Shown in pieces: positions 1 to 13,500 of a stretch of DNA of 64,000 nt. The translations under genes were made by a program, and so were the position numbers. The notes beneath the pieces were generated by a model that did not search any database, had not been told where the DNA came from, and saw only the letters and a program-made list of their open reading frames with translations. Numbering within the stretch: the first letter of the stretch is position 1; each line of letters begins with the position of its first letter. Origin of the DNA: Nemertoderma westbladi (lineage: Eukaryota; Animalia; Xenacoelomorpha); assembly GCA_032718475.1 (NCBI GenBank), contig JAUCBJ010000168.1, positions 1 to 64,000 on the forward strand, read 5' to 3'.

Positions 1-322
1 TAACAATAAAATATAATTTAATTAAATTACAATAATGTTATAGAAAAAAGTTTTAACATCTGAAATAACAGACATTTCTCGGATTGTAATTTGCATTGAA
101 TCCTCTTGAATGCTCTTAGAGTTCCATTTTATATAAATTCGCATTTTATTTGACCTTAGGTTATCTGATCAACACAAATCACCCTCTCTAAGATCTTGCC
201 ATAACTAAACACAGTCCATAGCCCTACTACACCAAATACACCAAATACACATAATCAAATGGCAAGTTTTCCTGATACGCGACCCCCCCCCCCCCCCCCC
301 TCAGAGATGTTACCCATTCCTT

Positions 323-590
323 TTAACTTGGGGAGTGGAAATGAGACACCCTTGTAGGCTTACCGCTTCTCCATCTTCTTCTTGTCGCAATTTCGTATCT
401 CTCCAGTATCCCTTTCAAGTTGGTCTTTACTATATATGTCATAGCCTGTCGTCCTTGGCTACACTTTCGTTGTGTTGGTTGCCCGAAAATTAGTTCTGGT
501 ATGACCTCTTCTTTACTTCTCCAGCAGTGCACACAGAATCTTAATCTGCGTTCACAGAGGGTAGTTGATACAGGTGGTATTGTATCTATT
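323..590 (-). mobile_element. 3' fragment of an RTE-clade LINE (ORF C-terminus)
   Basis: The minus strand reads ...RRLRFCVHCWRSKEEVIPELIFGQPTQRKCSQGRQAMTY.... This resembles the RTE C-terminal motif (RLRFAGHC.R...L.LWQP.G...G....T) also present in ORF 11375-13576. Confidence 0.7.
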
Positions 591-633
591 TGTGGAGGGT
601 CTAGGTGGTATATTGTATTGCATATATAATCTA

Positions 634-885
634 AAGAGTATAATAACTCTGACCCTCTTCATTCAATACGTAAAGGAGTATTAGATAAACCTGACTCTGC
701 TACAAAATGTGTAACTTATAGAACTATTTTTAACCCTAGATTGAAACCCGTTGAAATTTACATTTCCTCTGATTTATATATTCCAGATTATCTACGATTA
801 GCTTTTAGTAGGCTTCGCTTGATGTCCCACAACCTACGTATCGAGACCGGACGTTGGAGTAGGTTACCACACGAATGCAGATTTA
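634..885 (+). mobile_element. 3' fragment of an RTE-X-like LINE
   Basis: Manual translation gives KEYNNSDPLHSIRKGVLDKPDSATKCVTYRTIFNPRL...YIPDYLRLAFSRLRLMSHNLRIETGRWSRLPHECR. The RLRLxSHxLxIETGRW motif is typical of the C-terminus of RTE-X-like ORF2. Confidence 0.7.
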
Positions 886-3109
886 TATATTGTGCTTTAT
901 CGTATTATGCAGTTAATTAATTAACATATTATATAAAACCTACGATTCAGTAAATATTATGTACATATTATAAAAGGTCAAATTAACAGGGTATTTTTGG
1001 ATAATATTGTTTAAAGTTATTTAAGTAAGTCTGATGAAAATTCATAGTTAATTTATAGTTAGTTTGTGCCGCATATTACTTTGAATGTTAATTATGACAA
1101 TAAACTACTACTACTATCATAGACCTCGGCTTTTGTCATGTGTTGTCTCCAGCGGATGTTTAGGGCTGTCCCTAGTAGTCTTGTCTTATAGTTGTTGTAT
1201 TATATAATAAATAATATACACCAAATCACAAGTGAAGTCGATATCAAAATTTCCTTAGAATATGCCCTGAATTAGAAATACAGAGATATGAAATGGCCCC
1301 AGAGCAGCCTAAAACAAATATATTAAATGGCCTTCCTAGGAAAATACACCAATGTTAGATTGAGTTCATATTGTACAGTTAAATTACATTAAATTTATTA
1401 ACAGTGGCCCTATCAAAATATCCAAATATATAAAATTGCCTTTTAGATTTACAAGTAAAATCTTGCAGCCGATTGGAAAATAACATTTGGCAGCCACATC
1501 GAGGTCAGCCCTACAAGGAAACTACTTTTCTACCTTTTTCTAATGTTCTAAAATCTACTTTTTACATTTCTAATTAAGAGTAAATTTAATATAGTTACTA
1601 TGTTACTGCCTCTGACAGACAAAGTCCAGATGATCCTTTGTGTAGAGGTACAATTAGTTGACCTAGTCATTCGCCCCTAGTGGTGAACTATACAAGACTG
1701 TCAGTATGTATATTTTGTAAACTCTTTATTGACTAACATTTGTACTAAGTTTGGTTCCATTTCATCAAAGATTTCTATTGATGACGACAACTATGACAGA
1801 CGGTTCCACTAATTATACCCCTACACTAAGGCTCACCTGGACTTACGTAGCTCACCCCACATTTACAATGTACCTAATAATCTGGCTGTTAGAGTTAGAG
1901 ATAAGCATACATTCTAAATAATAACAGTTTTGTATCCAGTATTCGAGTTTTCGTTGATCAAATTTGGATTTGACTTCAAGGCGGGAGGGATCATACTGGT
2001 GACCCATTTTCCTTCTCTGCTATTGTCAGTCATCTAAGATCCAACCTGGAGGACAAAAAAGTTCTTCACCTGTACGTCAAACTGATATGATAAGCTGTGC
2101 ACCTAGCAAATAATGAGAATTTAGGAAACCATTCACAAGCACGCCCATACTACCAATTATATTCGGCACAGGCCAATTACATGGCATGCTAGGCTATCAC
2201 TTTTGTGACCAGAGTATAACACAACGTTTTATTCCAATACAACCTTAATGTGGTAGGTTTTCTGTGGCAAATTTAAGGAGGGTTCTGGGACAATAGTTCC
2301 CTTGTGACATTGGGCTTAGTGTAATTGAAGGTTTTTAACCAACTATATTCACTCAGGTATTTATCATGTCAACAACTTAGCATTCCTGCACATAAACAGG
2401 ATAGATGCCTTTGCAATGCATTATGCATTGTAGCTGCTCTTCTATCTATGAAATATTTCAGCTTGTACTGAACTAGATGGCGGTCCTAGCGCACCACGGA
2501 AGCTCTCCAGCTTCAGACGACTGTTCAACTGTCCACGTCTTCGTTCAAGTTACACTAAAAATAATGCATATACATCAATAATGTTTCAACAATTCAAACA
2601 TTAATTATTTAATTAATTACTGTAACTTAGAAGAAAAAGTCACAAGACAGTAGACATGTGCCAATAATCAGCTAAAAGGCATCAGACGAAATGGGAGAAG
2701 GCTTTCACTTTCTGACATTTCACCCCCTAGCGGCAGACTGGTCAGTGTTCTTACCAAAGACGCAGCCTATGATCAGGTCCATATCGCAGTGTCAGTTAGT
2801 CTGTTGGGGCAACTACAACTGTTTACAGTTTCCTGCCTGCCGACCAGAAATTTTGCCGAAAACCTCTACAGAATAGCCCAATTTGACCACAATTATTTCG
2901 CATTCGCACATAAAATGACGCATAAAATTAGTCTCAAGATAACGGCAGTTCACGTTCACGTGCTTAGGACAGCCTGCATCACGTAGATGCCCCAAGACCC
3001 AACTGAACTGCTAGGCCTACCTCGCGCCCTATCGGTAATGCAAAAAGGAATATTTTAATGTTGATATAATAAGCAGAATATAGATTAATTTAAAAATCTT
3101 TGCATTACA

Positions 3110-3140
<31 letters not shown>

Positions 3141-3477
3141 GCAAATAATATTATATTTTTAATAGTTATATGTTTTAGTTATTTCGTAGTAAAAACATAA
3201 CAACAGCAGACGAGTGAACATATCATAAATAAATGCAGTTAATCAAAAGAATAATAAATATTAAGAGTAACTTAAGTCGGTTATTTGTTAAGTTTATTCG
3301 GAGATATATAACATCATCGGTTGGGTCAGCGAGACAAGATCTTAAAGATATTAAAGAAGTACTCGAACTCGAGGTTGGCGTCATCACTAAATTCAGTACA
3401 ATGCACCGCGTTCTAGATCTTATCTTTCCCGAATCGAGCTTGCAATCAGTCAGGTTTCAGAATACGACAAATATCCA

Positions 3478-5292
3478 TCACCCATCAACCCCATCAAACA
3501 GTCCGATGTAGTGGTAGGTTGTGTCCACGGTTCCCACCACCGAGGCCGCGTTCCCCATAAGAATTGCCACCGCCAAGCGTTGCAGCAAAAACTGGTGCGA
3601 CCGTTGCTCATGGGTCCTAGCATGAAGATGCGCCCCGACTTCCTGGAGGAAGCTGGCAGTCTCGGGTCCGGGTCGACCAAAGGTCTCAAAGGCCATGGGA
3701 CTGAAGTAGCAGCGACCATGCTCTACCAACTCGCTGTACTTCCTGATCTTCACCCACTCAGCCTCCTCAGCAGCACGGTCACCAGCGATGAGGGTCGGCT
3801 GGAGATGACTCGGGGCGAGGGGATCCGTTACGGTTGCGTCCCAGGCCAATGAGCGGCCGCGGTTCCAAGGCATCACTGTAACCCCGTCAACCCTCTTACC
3901 ATCGCTCCGACAGAGACCTGGGGGCTCAAGGATGGGGGACACCCCGCAGCTGACCAGCGCCCACCTTACTATATCGTTCAACATAGTGTGGCGGGGGTGC
4001 TGGCCAGCACTCCTCTGGCAGCAGATTCCATGGAGACCATCAGCGGCTACCAGGCAACCACAGCGACAGGTATGCGGCTCGACTACCTTACATCCCAGCC
4101 ACATGGCAACGGCGATGCGGAACTGGCTGTCATCCAGCTTCAGTCCCAACGACGAGATGGGTAGAGCACTGAGCCAGCATCCGGCAACTGGGTGGTTCAG
4201 GGTATTTAACCTAGCAAGATCGACTGGGGATGCAACTAGACGCAGCGCTGCGAGGTTAGCCGAGTGGACTGGGGCCACCCACGCACTCTGAGCAGTCGTA
4301 GAGGGTAGAGTAGCGTGCGAAGGGAGGGAGGATATCCAGAACTCCCGGGCCAACTCGTTGGTTGGGCTCACCACCCCCACAGAGTGGAGCAGGCGGTCGG
4401 ACAGAGAAGAACAGGCAGCCGCGGAAGCCAGGAAGGCAGATGGTGCGAGCTGCACTGCCGAACTCAGGCCGAGACCGCCCACCCGTGCGGGGAGGCAGGC
4501 CTGGTCACAGGCTGGGTCGCTGATATTAGTATTAGCGACTTCCTGCAGGGTACTTCGGAGGATATCGTCGTAGTTCTTAACGGATTCAGGGAATAGGAAG
4601 CACGGCGCTGTCCAGAGGAAATAGGTTAGCCGAGGTATGGCAAATGAGTTCTTTAGGAGGAGGAAGCCGTGGTGGGCATCTAGTAGAGGTATGCGGCAGG
4701 CTAGGGTCGAGAGGTCCCCTATCTTTGATGTGAGGCAGGATGCTATAGCGGCATCACCAATGGGGGCACCCAGCATTGCCAGCTGTTCAAGGGGTGGGTA
4801 CTTGATACCAGGGCAGACTGAGTTGAACTCCAACTGGATACGGGCGCGAGATTCCTCTGTCTCCGGCCCTAGGAAGAAAAGTTCACTCTTCCCAGGGTTT
4901 ATCCTCAACCCGCACTTCCCCCCCTCAACAATCACTTCCCGCAAGTCCTGCAGAACCACACGGTAGTCATCCGCCAAGTTACCGTCATCAAGGTACCAGA
5001 CATTAAAGCTGGACTGCCTAGCCTGGACGATGGGGTTTACGGTATCACCGAAGACGGGCGGTCCGTCCGAGTCCCCCTGCTGCACTCCCTCGTCCGAGAG
5101 GAGAGTCTGGGATCCGTGGAGGAGGAAGGATGCCTCCCCGTAGGCCGCTAGAGTGTAGTTATACACGGAGGGGTGCTGGTCGTGGACGGTCTCCAACATT
5201 GTATCCCGGCGGATAGAATTAAATGCATTGCTGAAATCTATTTTCAGTAACACAGTCCCAGCCGGGTTCTCCCTCTCCGTCAACGCTCTCAC
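3478..5292 (-). CDS. CRE reverse transcriptase C-half, CCHC zinc knuckle and RLE endonuclease (remnant of a longer ORF)
   Basis: RT motifs KIDFSNAFNSIRR, GVQQGDSDGP and WYLDDG; GGLG; zinc motif CRCG...HGICC; RH..LND; nuclease motif DGKRVDGVT...WDATVTD...KIRKY. Confidence 0.9.
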   Translation of the reverse strand: MRALTERENPAGTVLLKIDFSNAFNSIRRDTMLETVHDQHPSVYNYTLAAYGEASFLLHGSQTLLSDEGVQQGDSDGPPVFGDTVNPIVQARQSSFNVWYLDDGNLADDYRVVLQDLREVIVEGGKCGLRINPGKSELFFLGPETEESRARIQLEFNSVCPGIKYPPLEQLAMLGAPIGDAAIASCLTSKIGDLSTLACRIPLLDAHHGFLLLKNSFAIPRLTYFLWTAPCFLFPESVKNYDDILRSTLQEVANTNISDPACDQACLPARVGGLGLSSAVQLAPSAFLASAAACSSLSDRLLHSVGVVSPTNELAREFWISSLPSHATLPSTTAQSAWVAPVHSANLAALRLVASPVDLARLNTLNHPVAGCWLSALPISSLGLKLDDSQFRIAVAMWLGCKVVEPHTCRCGCLVAADGLHGICCQRSAGQHPRHTMLNDIVRWALVSCGVSPILEPPGLCRSDGKRVDGVTVMPWNRGRSLAWDATVTDPLAPSHLQPTLIAGDRAAEEAEWVKIRKYSELVEHGRCYFSPMAFETFGRPGPETASFLQEVGAHLHARTHEQRSHQFLLQRLAVAILMGNAASVVGTVDTTYHYIGLFDGVDG

Positions 5293-8200
5293 AGCATGGG
5301 CTGCGGCCTACGCTCCCAGTTTACAACCAATACCTACTTGCACCGACCCATAAGAATGGGTGCGATCCTCCCCCACCAGGCGCCTGGCAAACTTTGAACA
5401 GAGTCTCCGTAGAGCAACTCCGACAGCGATAGGCCTGATGCCTCATCCGGTCTTTGTGAACGCGAAGAGGTTCGCCCCGAAGAAGAGAGGACGGATGGCA
5501 ACTGGCACTTCCCCCGCAATAGTGACGTCCACGAAATGAGAGAGGGTGGAAAGCAGTCGCTCAGCAGCCCCGCCGTTAGTTGGGCTGACAGGGACTTTAA
5601 AGATTTGGGGACGCACACCATCCGGTCCACCTGCACTACCACAAGGGAAGGACGAAATCAACTTCCGCAGCACCGCGGGGGGAGCATGGTTTCGCGGATG
5701 AGTTTACTGGCAGTGGGGGGTCTCTCCGGTCGACGGGCCTGATCGGGTGTTTATCCCGCAACATTAACAATGTTTCTGGGGTGTCTGGCGCTATGGTGTC
5801 CCTGCAGGAAGCCAACCGGATGGCCCCCTTGACGTCACCATCCTATATCTTCTCAGCAACGGCATTCGCAAGGCGCGTTGCCTCGACGTGGGCCTGCCTT
5901 CTGCGACCCTGCGGCTCCGGCCGCGGTGGACTGAACCCCACGCGAATGTAAACCCAGAAATCCGAAATCAGCTGGTTGACCTTGGAGGCCAAGGAACGAT
6001 GATGTTTCTTCCCACCGTGGCTGGGCGCTGGTAGGCAGCAATGCCCAACCAATAGAAGACATGTCCAGTTGTGAACATTCATAGGGTATCCCGCGATTGC
6101 AGAGAACAGATCCGACAGTAGATCCGCTAAATTGGCCCGCGACGCCTTTGGGACGTGCCGTAGCTGCCGGGTTCTCCAGCCCTTCAGCAGCGCGAGGACT
6201 TCCCACTCCGTGGTAGCGTCACTAACAGTGCTACGTGGTAACCCCCCACTAGATCCCAGGACTGTGGGGGCCGCCCCTGGGGGACCATCTGAACCGGAAT
6301 ACCTCTGGGAGTGTTTCCCATGGACATGAATAGTACCATTGAACTTTATCGAGATCATCTTTCCACAAACAGGCCATACTCCTCCTGGGGGACGTGGTCG
6401 ATCACTGGCGGACTCGGCAGTAAAGGGTGCATCTCTGGAACAGGGATGCTGTATTGGAACTGAGGGGTCTGGGCATGGCTCATTGGGCCCTTGAAGATCC
6501 GAGGCCCAGTGGCGGATGCCCGTAAGATTTGCATTGGAGAAAACGGGACCCAATAGGTCAGTGACCATGAGCCCACTGGACAGGGACACCCCACCACAGG
6601 ACCCCAGACAGGGAGACACTAGATTAGGGGACTCCCGACCAGGGGACTGGGACACCCGACCTGGGGACACCATAGACACCCGACCTTGGGACTGGGACAC
6701 CCGACCTGGGGACTGGGACACCCGACATGGGGACACCCGACTTGGGAACACCCGATCTGGGGACACCCAACTAGGCGACACCCGACTTTGGGACACCCGA
6801 CAAGGGGACACCCGGCTTTGGTACAACCGATTTGGGGACACTCGCATACGACTGGGGGAATCCCCACTAAGCAACTCGCGACCATAGGACACACGACCCG
6901 AGTCCTCCCACCTTACATGACATGGGGGCATGCGACCAGGGGACCAGGACACCCGACCTGGGGACACCCGACTAGGGGACACCCGACCTGGGGACCTGGA
7001 CACGAGACCAGGAGACCGGGCAACACGACCAGTGGACCTGGGCACGCGGCCTGGGGACATCCGGCCTGGGGACTGGGCGGCCCGACCTGGGGACACTCGA
7101 CCAGGGGACACTCGACATGGGGACACTCGGCCTGGACACACTCGACCAGGGGACACTCGACCTGGGGACACTCGACCAGGTTACACTCAACCAGGGGACA
7201 CTCGACAGTAGTAGACCTAGTAGGCCTGGGGACATTCGACCTGGGGACACTCGACCTGGGGACACTCGACCATGGGACGCTCGACATGGGGACACTCGAC
7301 CTGGGGACACTCGACCATGGGACACTCGACCTGGGGACACCCGACCAGGGTACAACCCACTAGGGGACACCCGACTAGGGGCCATCCGACTTGGGGACAC
7401 CCGAGTAAGGGCCTCCGGACCAAGGGACACTCGACTTGGGGACACTCGATCTGGGGACACTCGACCAGGGGACACTCGACCTGGGGACACCCGACAAGGG
7501 TACAACCCACTAGGGGACACACGACTTGGGGACACCAGACTTGGGGACACTCGGCCTGGGGACACTCGGCCTGGGGACACTCGACTTGGGGACACTCGAC
7601 TTGGGGACACCCGACTTGGGGACACTCGGCCTGGGGACACTCGACCAGGGGACACTCGACCTGGGGTCACCCGACAAGGGTACAACCCACTAGGGGACAC
7701 CCGGCTTGGGGACACCCGACTTGGGGACACTCGGCCTGGGGACACTCGACCCGGCTTGGGGACACCCGACTTGGGGACACTCGGCCTGGGGACACTCGAC
7801 CGGGGGACACCCGACCTGGGGACACCCCACCAGGGGACACCCGACTTGGGGACTGCCGACCAGGGAACACCCGACTTGGGGACACCCGCCAAGGGGACAC
7901 TCGACCAGGGGACACTCGACCAGGGGACATTCGACTTGGGGACACCCGACTAGGGAACACCCGACTTGGGGACACCCGACTAGGGGACACCCGACAGGGG
8001 ACACCCGACTTGGGGAGACCTGGCTAGGGGACATCCGACTTTGGGACACCCGACTAGGGGACACCCGACTAGGGGACACCAAACTAGGGGAAATCCGACC
8101 AGCAAACAGGGACAAACGAGATGGAGAAACAGTAGCGGGCCCTGGATTACAATACGAAGACGTTAGAGTGCGATCCAAATCGGAGTCATCGAAGCCCGGT

Positions 8201-8490
8201 GTTAAAGTTACATCCATAACGTCGTCGAGTTCATCCAGAGATGAATTTAAGCGCCCCTGCTCACCAACGACAGTCGTCTTCCACCTGGGTGAGTGCGCGA
8301 GCAAGTAGTCCACGACGCCGTGACCCGAAGTTCGCCCGTCCCCCAGAGCTGGGGTACTCGGAGACGGCCCATTAGCGCATACATGTAGCGTGGATGGGTT
8401 GCAGGAAGAACAGGGTCTTTTCGCTTTGGAGCACTTGCACCCGCGGCAAGACCCGCTGCGGCAAGTGCAGCAGCGCTGGGAAGGACCCAT
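5293..8490 (-). pseudogene. N-terminal part of the CRE ORF, broken by frameshifts and a stop
   Basis: Consecutive pieces: 8490 (MGPSQRCCTCRSGSCRGCKC...), RVSP repeats in shifting frames, 7171-5843 (degenerate zinc finger PVCGK...HVHG; LRHVPKASR), and 5673-5443 (SFPCGSAGGPDGVRPQ...FFGANLFAFTK, the start of RT). Confidence 0.8.
6600..8095 (-). repeat. 15-bp tandem repeat (GGGGACACYCGACYW) encoding RVSP[G/S] pentapeptides
   Basis: Directly visible array. It explains the many overlapping ORFs in this region. Confidence 0.95.
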
Positions 8491-10563
8491 ACGAGAATAC
8501 TCGAGGTGAAACGCGGAACGAGTACGCGTCTCAACAGGAAATGCCGGCCGCCGGGGCCAGGTAGGTCAGAGAATCAACAAGTACGAGAAGCAGATAGCTG
8601 ACTCGGATTCGAGCAGTATTACCGGTATATGCTCAGGCTGCTTCATACATTACATTACTGCCGAACTCCAAAAAAAAAAAAAATTTAACGTTAAAATTAA
8701 ACTGTGGAGAGGTTATAATGAATGCCGCGGTCCAGGTGAATGGCTCTTAGTTAAAGTGTACAGTTGACTTTAACTGTAGAACTTGACTCCAGATGAATGA
8801 CTCCGTGCTTCGGTGGTACTAGTGCAGAGGGCCTAGCTACCAAGAAGTGCTTTGCTTGCCAAATTTAAGTAAGGCTGTATTTGCTCTTTCACTATCTCTC
8901 AGACTCTAAGCAAATATTAACTGTGCATTGTAATGTAAACTATAGGGCCTATAGCTGCAATCTAATAGCTTAGCTAGGCTTACACAAGTTTGTAATGTAC
9001 AGTATTATCCCGCCAGCTGAATAGCACTTCCGTGTTTATCATTGTAGTATAGTAGACCTATCGCCTATACATGTTATTGTAGCTCTATCCAATCAGGGAG
9101 CTAAATTACACACTTTTTCTTCTTCACCATGAAAGAAACAGGAAAAGGAAAAGGAAAACAGAAAAAGGGAAGAAACAGGAAAGAAGCTAAAAGCTTCTTA
9201 ATAATGGTTTGAAGCCTAAGGGTGGACTACATGACCGTGTTCAAGTATTACCTAGATATATACTAAGATGTGCAGACAAAGTAACTTTCCCCTGATTGAA
9301 ATCGTGTAAATGCAGGCCAAGTTTTTCAGTTTTCGTTTTTTTCTCGTAACTAATTATTCACCATCCATGCAGATTTCGATAAGATTTTAACCTTTAATAT
9401 TTGGGGGGAGGGGGTGGGGGGGGGGGTATGGTTATCATGCATATCCCCTGAACATACACCGAATTGTACATGTGCGTACATGTACACTATTGTACAGTTC
9501 CAAGACTTAACGCTCATATTTCTGCTATTTCCCTACGAAATTCAGATTTATGTTACATATTTGAAATCCTTGCATGGTCGGCTTTCTAACAGAACCAACA
9601 AATCAATATACAGTACAGTATGAGAATAACAGCGATGAAAATGTACAATACCGTCTGAAACACCTTTTTCAAACGCTTGTATTTAAAAAATGAGAGCAAA
9701 AATAAAAATTCTGGCTCACCCAGTAAGTGGTCGGGAGGTGAAACTTGGGGGGGGGGGGGGGGGGGGGGTGTCACTGAATTACGACACTATATCCCAGGAC
9801 ATGGTGTATATGGAAATAATACATTCCGGAATTCGGTAATTGAAGTTGATTCCAGGTTGTTATTGAGTACTTTGCAGCGTTCCGTCCTATAGGCCGCTAC
9901 GCTGCTGTAACGTAATTCTAATTTTTCTCCCGTGAGAGATTATTAATTTCTACCGTTGGTATATTGTTTGTGTTGACAGTTGTGGCCACGGTAACTCACT
10001 GAAAAACATTAATAAATTCTCTGAAATTTATAATTCGTTATTTGAATCGAAATTTATTGATAATATGACAGGTGAAATGATCACGATGTCAGAAATGATT
10101 TGCCTACCAGACAACATTAAATGAGTTAATAAACCTTATAATGGATATGGCTAGGCCAACTGATTAGCCAACTGACTTGTCGTTGTTTGCACTCACGTTG
10201 AATATCAAATGGTGGATTTTAAATTGATTGTCCAAAATCATTTCTGATTGACAAATTGGGACCCCTGGAGGTTTTACTGGACATCCATGGATGCATTACT
10301 ACTGTTTTTATATTATATTTATTAATCTTATTTCTTAGGGATTATTAGCTAACATGAACACCGAAATATAAGACGAATGATGACCCCCCCCCCCCCCCCC
10401 CCCCTCGGGGAACTCGAATATAACTCGAACTCTGAATACGCGATTATTTACTGTAGCGGAAAGGATGGCTTGGGAGGTGATGGCAGTGTGCCATCATCGG
10501 GCATAATTATGGTGATAGGGGTGTTTCATGGAATAAAGCTATTGAGTTGCACTCTAAGGAAAT

Positions 10564-13500
10564 TGATTGTGATGGGGAGAGGGATTCTGGAGTTGGAGGT
10601 TACTCTCATGTTCCACCCCGACCAACAAAGCCATTGGTGAATCTGAGGCAAGTCACATGACTAGCCTCAGTAAACACCCTAACACTCGGGTCCCCAATGC
10701 GACAAGGTGAGCTGACTGCCTTGGCAGATAAGCTTTCTCTTAGCGCAGTGGGTGTTCAAGAGCACCGAATGCAGACTGGACAGACTGGTGACGTTCTGAT
10801 TAAGGACATGGGGGGCGGTTGGCGACTCGCCCTCGCGTCAGCAGATGATAGTGGCAATGGTGGAATTGGTCTATTGATGAATCCAACTGCACATGCAGCA
10901 TTGGACAAAATAGACCAAATCTCTAACCGCATCATCCGTTGCCACTTTTCATGTTCTGGAAGACTGGCTAAGTAGTTTCCTAAGGTGGTTCTGATTGTGT
11001 GCTACTCTCCAACTAGTGTTGCCCCTGTAGAGGAGGTGGAAAATTTCTACCACAATCTACAAGTAGCTACTGATGGAGTGGATCAGCATGCATTCTTAAC
11101 ATTCCTGGGAGACTTTAATGCTAGTCTGCATCAATCACCTACATCGCCCTGGGTCTATAGCAATAGTGTTAACCGAAATTCTGTCCATCTTCAGGATTTT
11201 ATCTCTGGAAATGGATTGTTTTCGGCTGGAACCCAGTTCAAGAAGCGAACTGGAAAGCTATCAACTGGAAAGCTACCAGATAGACCATATTCTGTTTCGT
11301 AGGTAATACAGGAGCTCTATACAAGACTGTAATGCATTTACACTTCGACCCTTCTCCAGTGATCCCGCCTTATTGTGGCCAAGGTAAGACTTAGTCTGCG
11401 TGCTAGCAGAACAACGAAATCTGCCTTGCCGCGGCATGACTGGTCCTCTCTGTTGCAACAGCCAAGTGTGAGATCCAGCTTCACACTACTCCTGAGCAAC
11501 AGGTATGAGGCTCTTGCCTCTGAGGCGGCAGATCACTGTGAGGGCTATACTGCCTTTACAGAAGCAGTTAAGTTAGCAGCTGCAGAAACAGTTCCTGTAT
11601 ACCCTCGAAACAGGAAAAGGGCCCCCTGGACTGACAACAAAATTCAGAAGTGCCGAAATGACCTTCATAAGGCGCAGAAAGAGTCCCGACTCAAACAGAC
11701 TACAGCGGCCAAGAATGCAGTTAAGGCTGCATCTAGGTCCCTGAACAGGCAGTACTCTGCTAATCTACAGGAGCTAATAAACCAACAGGTTGATGCCATC
11801 AATGATGCTGACGACAGCAGGCAATCATCCCAGGCATGGAAATCGATCAATCTGCTTACTGGGCGGAAAAGCCAACCAACCACCAAGGTTAAGGCTGAAT
11901 CACCAGCCGATCGCCTCAATGGTTGGAAAGCCCACTTTGAAAAGCTCCTCAATAATGACAGGGTATTGCCTGATAACTTTATAGAAGTAAAAGTGTCTGA
12001 GTCTGTACTCCCAGATATTCCCATTGGCGATATCTCCTTTGCAGAAGTGAAGGCTGCTGCAAAGAGCATTAAGACCAATCGTGCCAGTGGAGTAGATGGT
12101 GTTCCCCCTGAGGTCTTTAAAATACCTGAGTGTTTAAAGCTCATCTATCCCATCATAGTAGACATGTACCGAACAACAAGAGTCCCACAAGAAATGAAAA
12201 CAAATAAGTTGGTGCCAGTTCCCAAGAAGGGCAACCTAACACTCTATGGTTCTTTTCGGGGAATCTCATTGATCTCGATTGCTGCAAAGCTATACAATAG
12301 GATTCTATTAAATCGCATCAGGGATCCCATTGAGAGACTGCTCCGTGGAAATCAGAATGGGTTCCGTAAAGGTCGTGGGACCATGGAGCCCATTTTGGCA
12401 CTTAGAAGGATAATTGAAGAGTTATCAAAAAAGAAAGACAGGCATCTGGCTGTTATCTTTGTTGACTTCTTCAAGGCCTTTGATTCAGTCTCTCGCTCAC
12501 GTATGTTCAGCATACTTTCATTATATGGGATTCCTGATGAAATTATTGCAGCAATCAGATCAGTATACGATGGTTCGACAACATTTGTGTCTACTGTTGA
12601 CGGTGACACAGAACCATTTGAAGTGTTATGGGGCGTCCTCCAAGGAGACACACTTGCACCATTCTTGTTCATTATTGTGGTTGACTATGTTCTACGCATG
12701 TCCTTAGATCATTATAATGATGATGGGGTGATGATAACTCCACCTACTGGCTCCAGAAGTCGAGGAAATCCTGCCAAGTACCTAACTGATCTAGACTTTG
12801 CTGATGACTTAGGAGTACTCTCAGAATCATTAGAGGGAGCCCAACGGCTCCTCAGCTCATTAGAACATGCTGCTTCTAGTGTTGGTCTTTTTATTAACTC
12901 CAGAAAGACCAAAATTCTGACAGTTAACTTTGAAAGTCCTCAGCAAGTCTCTGATCGGATGAGCATAAGCTCAAAGGATGGTATGCTTGAGCATGTGGAC
13001 GACTTCTGTTACCTGGGATCATGGATCCGGAAGTCAGGTGAGGACCTTCGAATACGTAAGGGAAAGGCATGGGCAGCCTTGAATAGGCTTTCCAGGATTT
13101 GGAAGTCACCGAGAATTAATCGGAAACTTAAGGTCCGATTATTTAGAGCAGCAGTAGTTCCAGTACTCCTCTACTGGAGTCCATGCTGGGCTCTAACTGC
13201 TGAGGACACCAAATCTCTGGATGGCACATTCACAAGAATGCTACGCCGGGTTCATTGTGTCAAGTACAATGCACACATCTCCAACCAGACACTATATAAC
13301 ATTGGAGGTGTCTCATTGGTTCCCCCAAGCTTGACACTAGAACAAAATCGCCTCCGCTTTGCAGGACATTGCTTTCGCCGTGAGGACCAGCCAGTGCATA
13401 ATCTTGTACTTTGGCAGCCTCATGGAGTGAATAAGCATGGTGGACAGCCCATGACTTTCTTGAGACGCATCTTAAAGGACACTGGCCTTAAAGATGCGGA

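Larger units (their letters stand above)
3112..8647 (-). mobile_element. CRE-clade non-LTR retrotransposon (RT + restriction-like endonuclease), full length but degenerate
   Basis: The poly(A) tail appears as a T-run at 3110-3137. Candidate TSD CATTACATT lies at 3103-3111 and 8648-8656. RT and RLE coding segments are present, with an N-terminal Cys-rich ORF starting at 8490. Confidence 0.85.

Noticed and set aside
1905-2600. Possible host exons (minus-strand MGHQYDPSRLEV... and plus-strand CTELDGGPSAP...)
   Set aside because: These are short open frames with only plausible splice sites and no recognisable homology, so they are unsupported.
6516-8308. Many long plus-strand ORFs (GDTRP and WGHPT repeats)
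   Set aside because: They are shadow frames of the stop-free 15-bp repeat.
8500-8647. Possible hammerhead or HDV-like ribozyme at the CRE 5' end (GAAACGCG...CGCGTC stem; GGCCGGCAT on the minus strand)
   Set aside because: There is no CTGANGA core in a valid position, and the stem is on the antisense strand. No P1 partner for an HDV fold was found.
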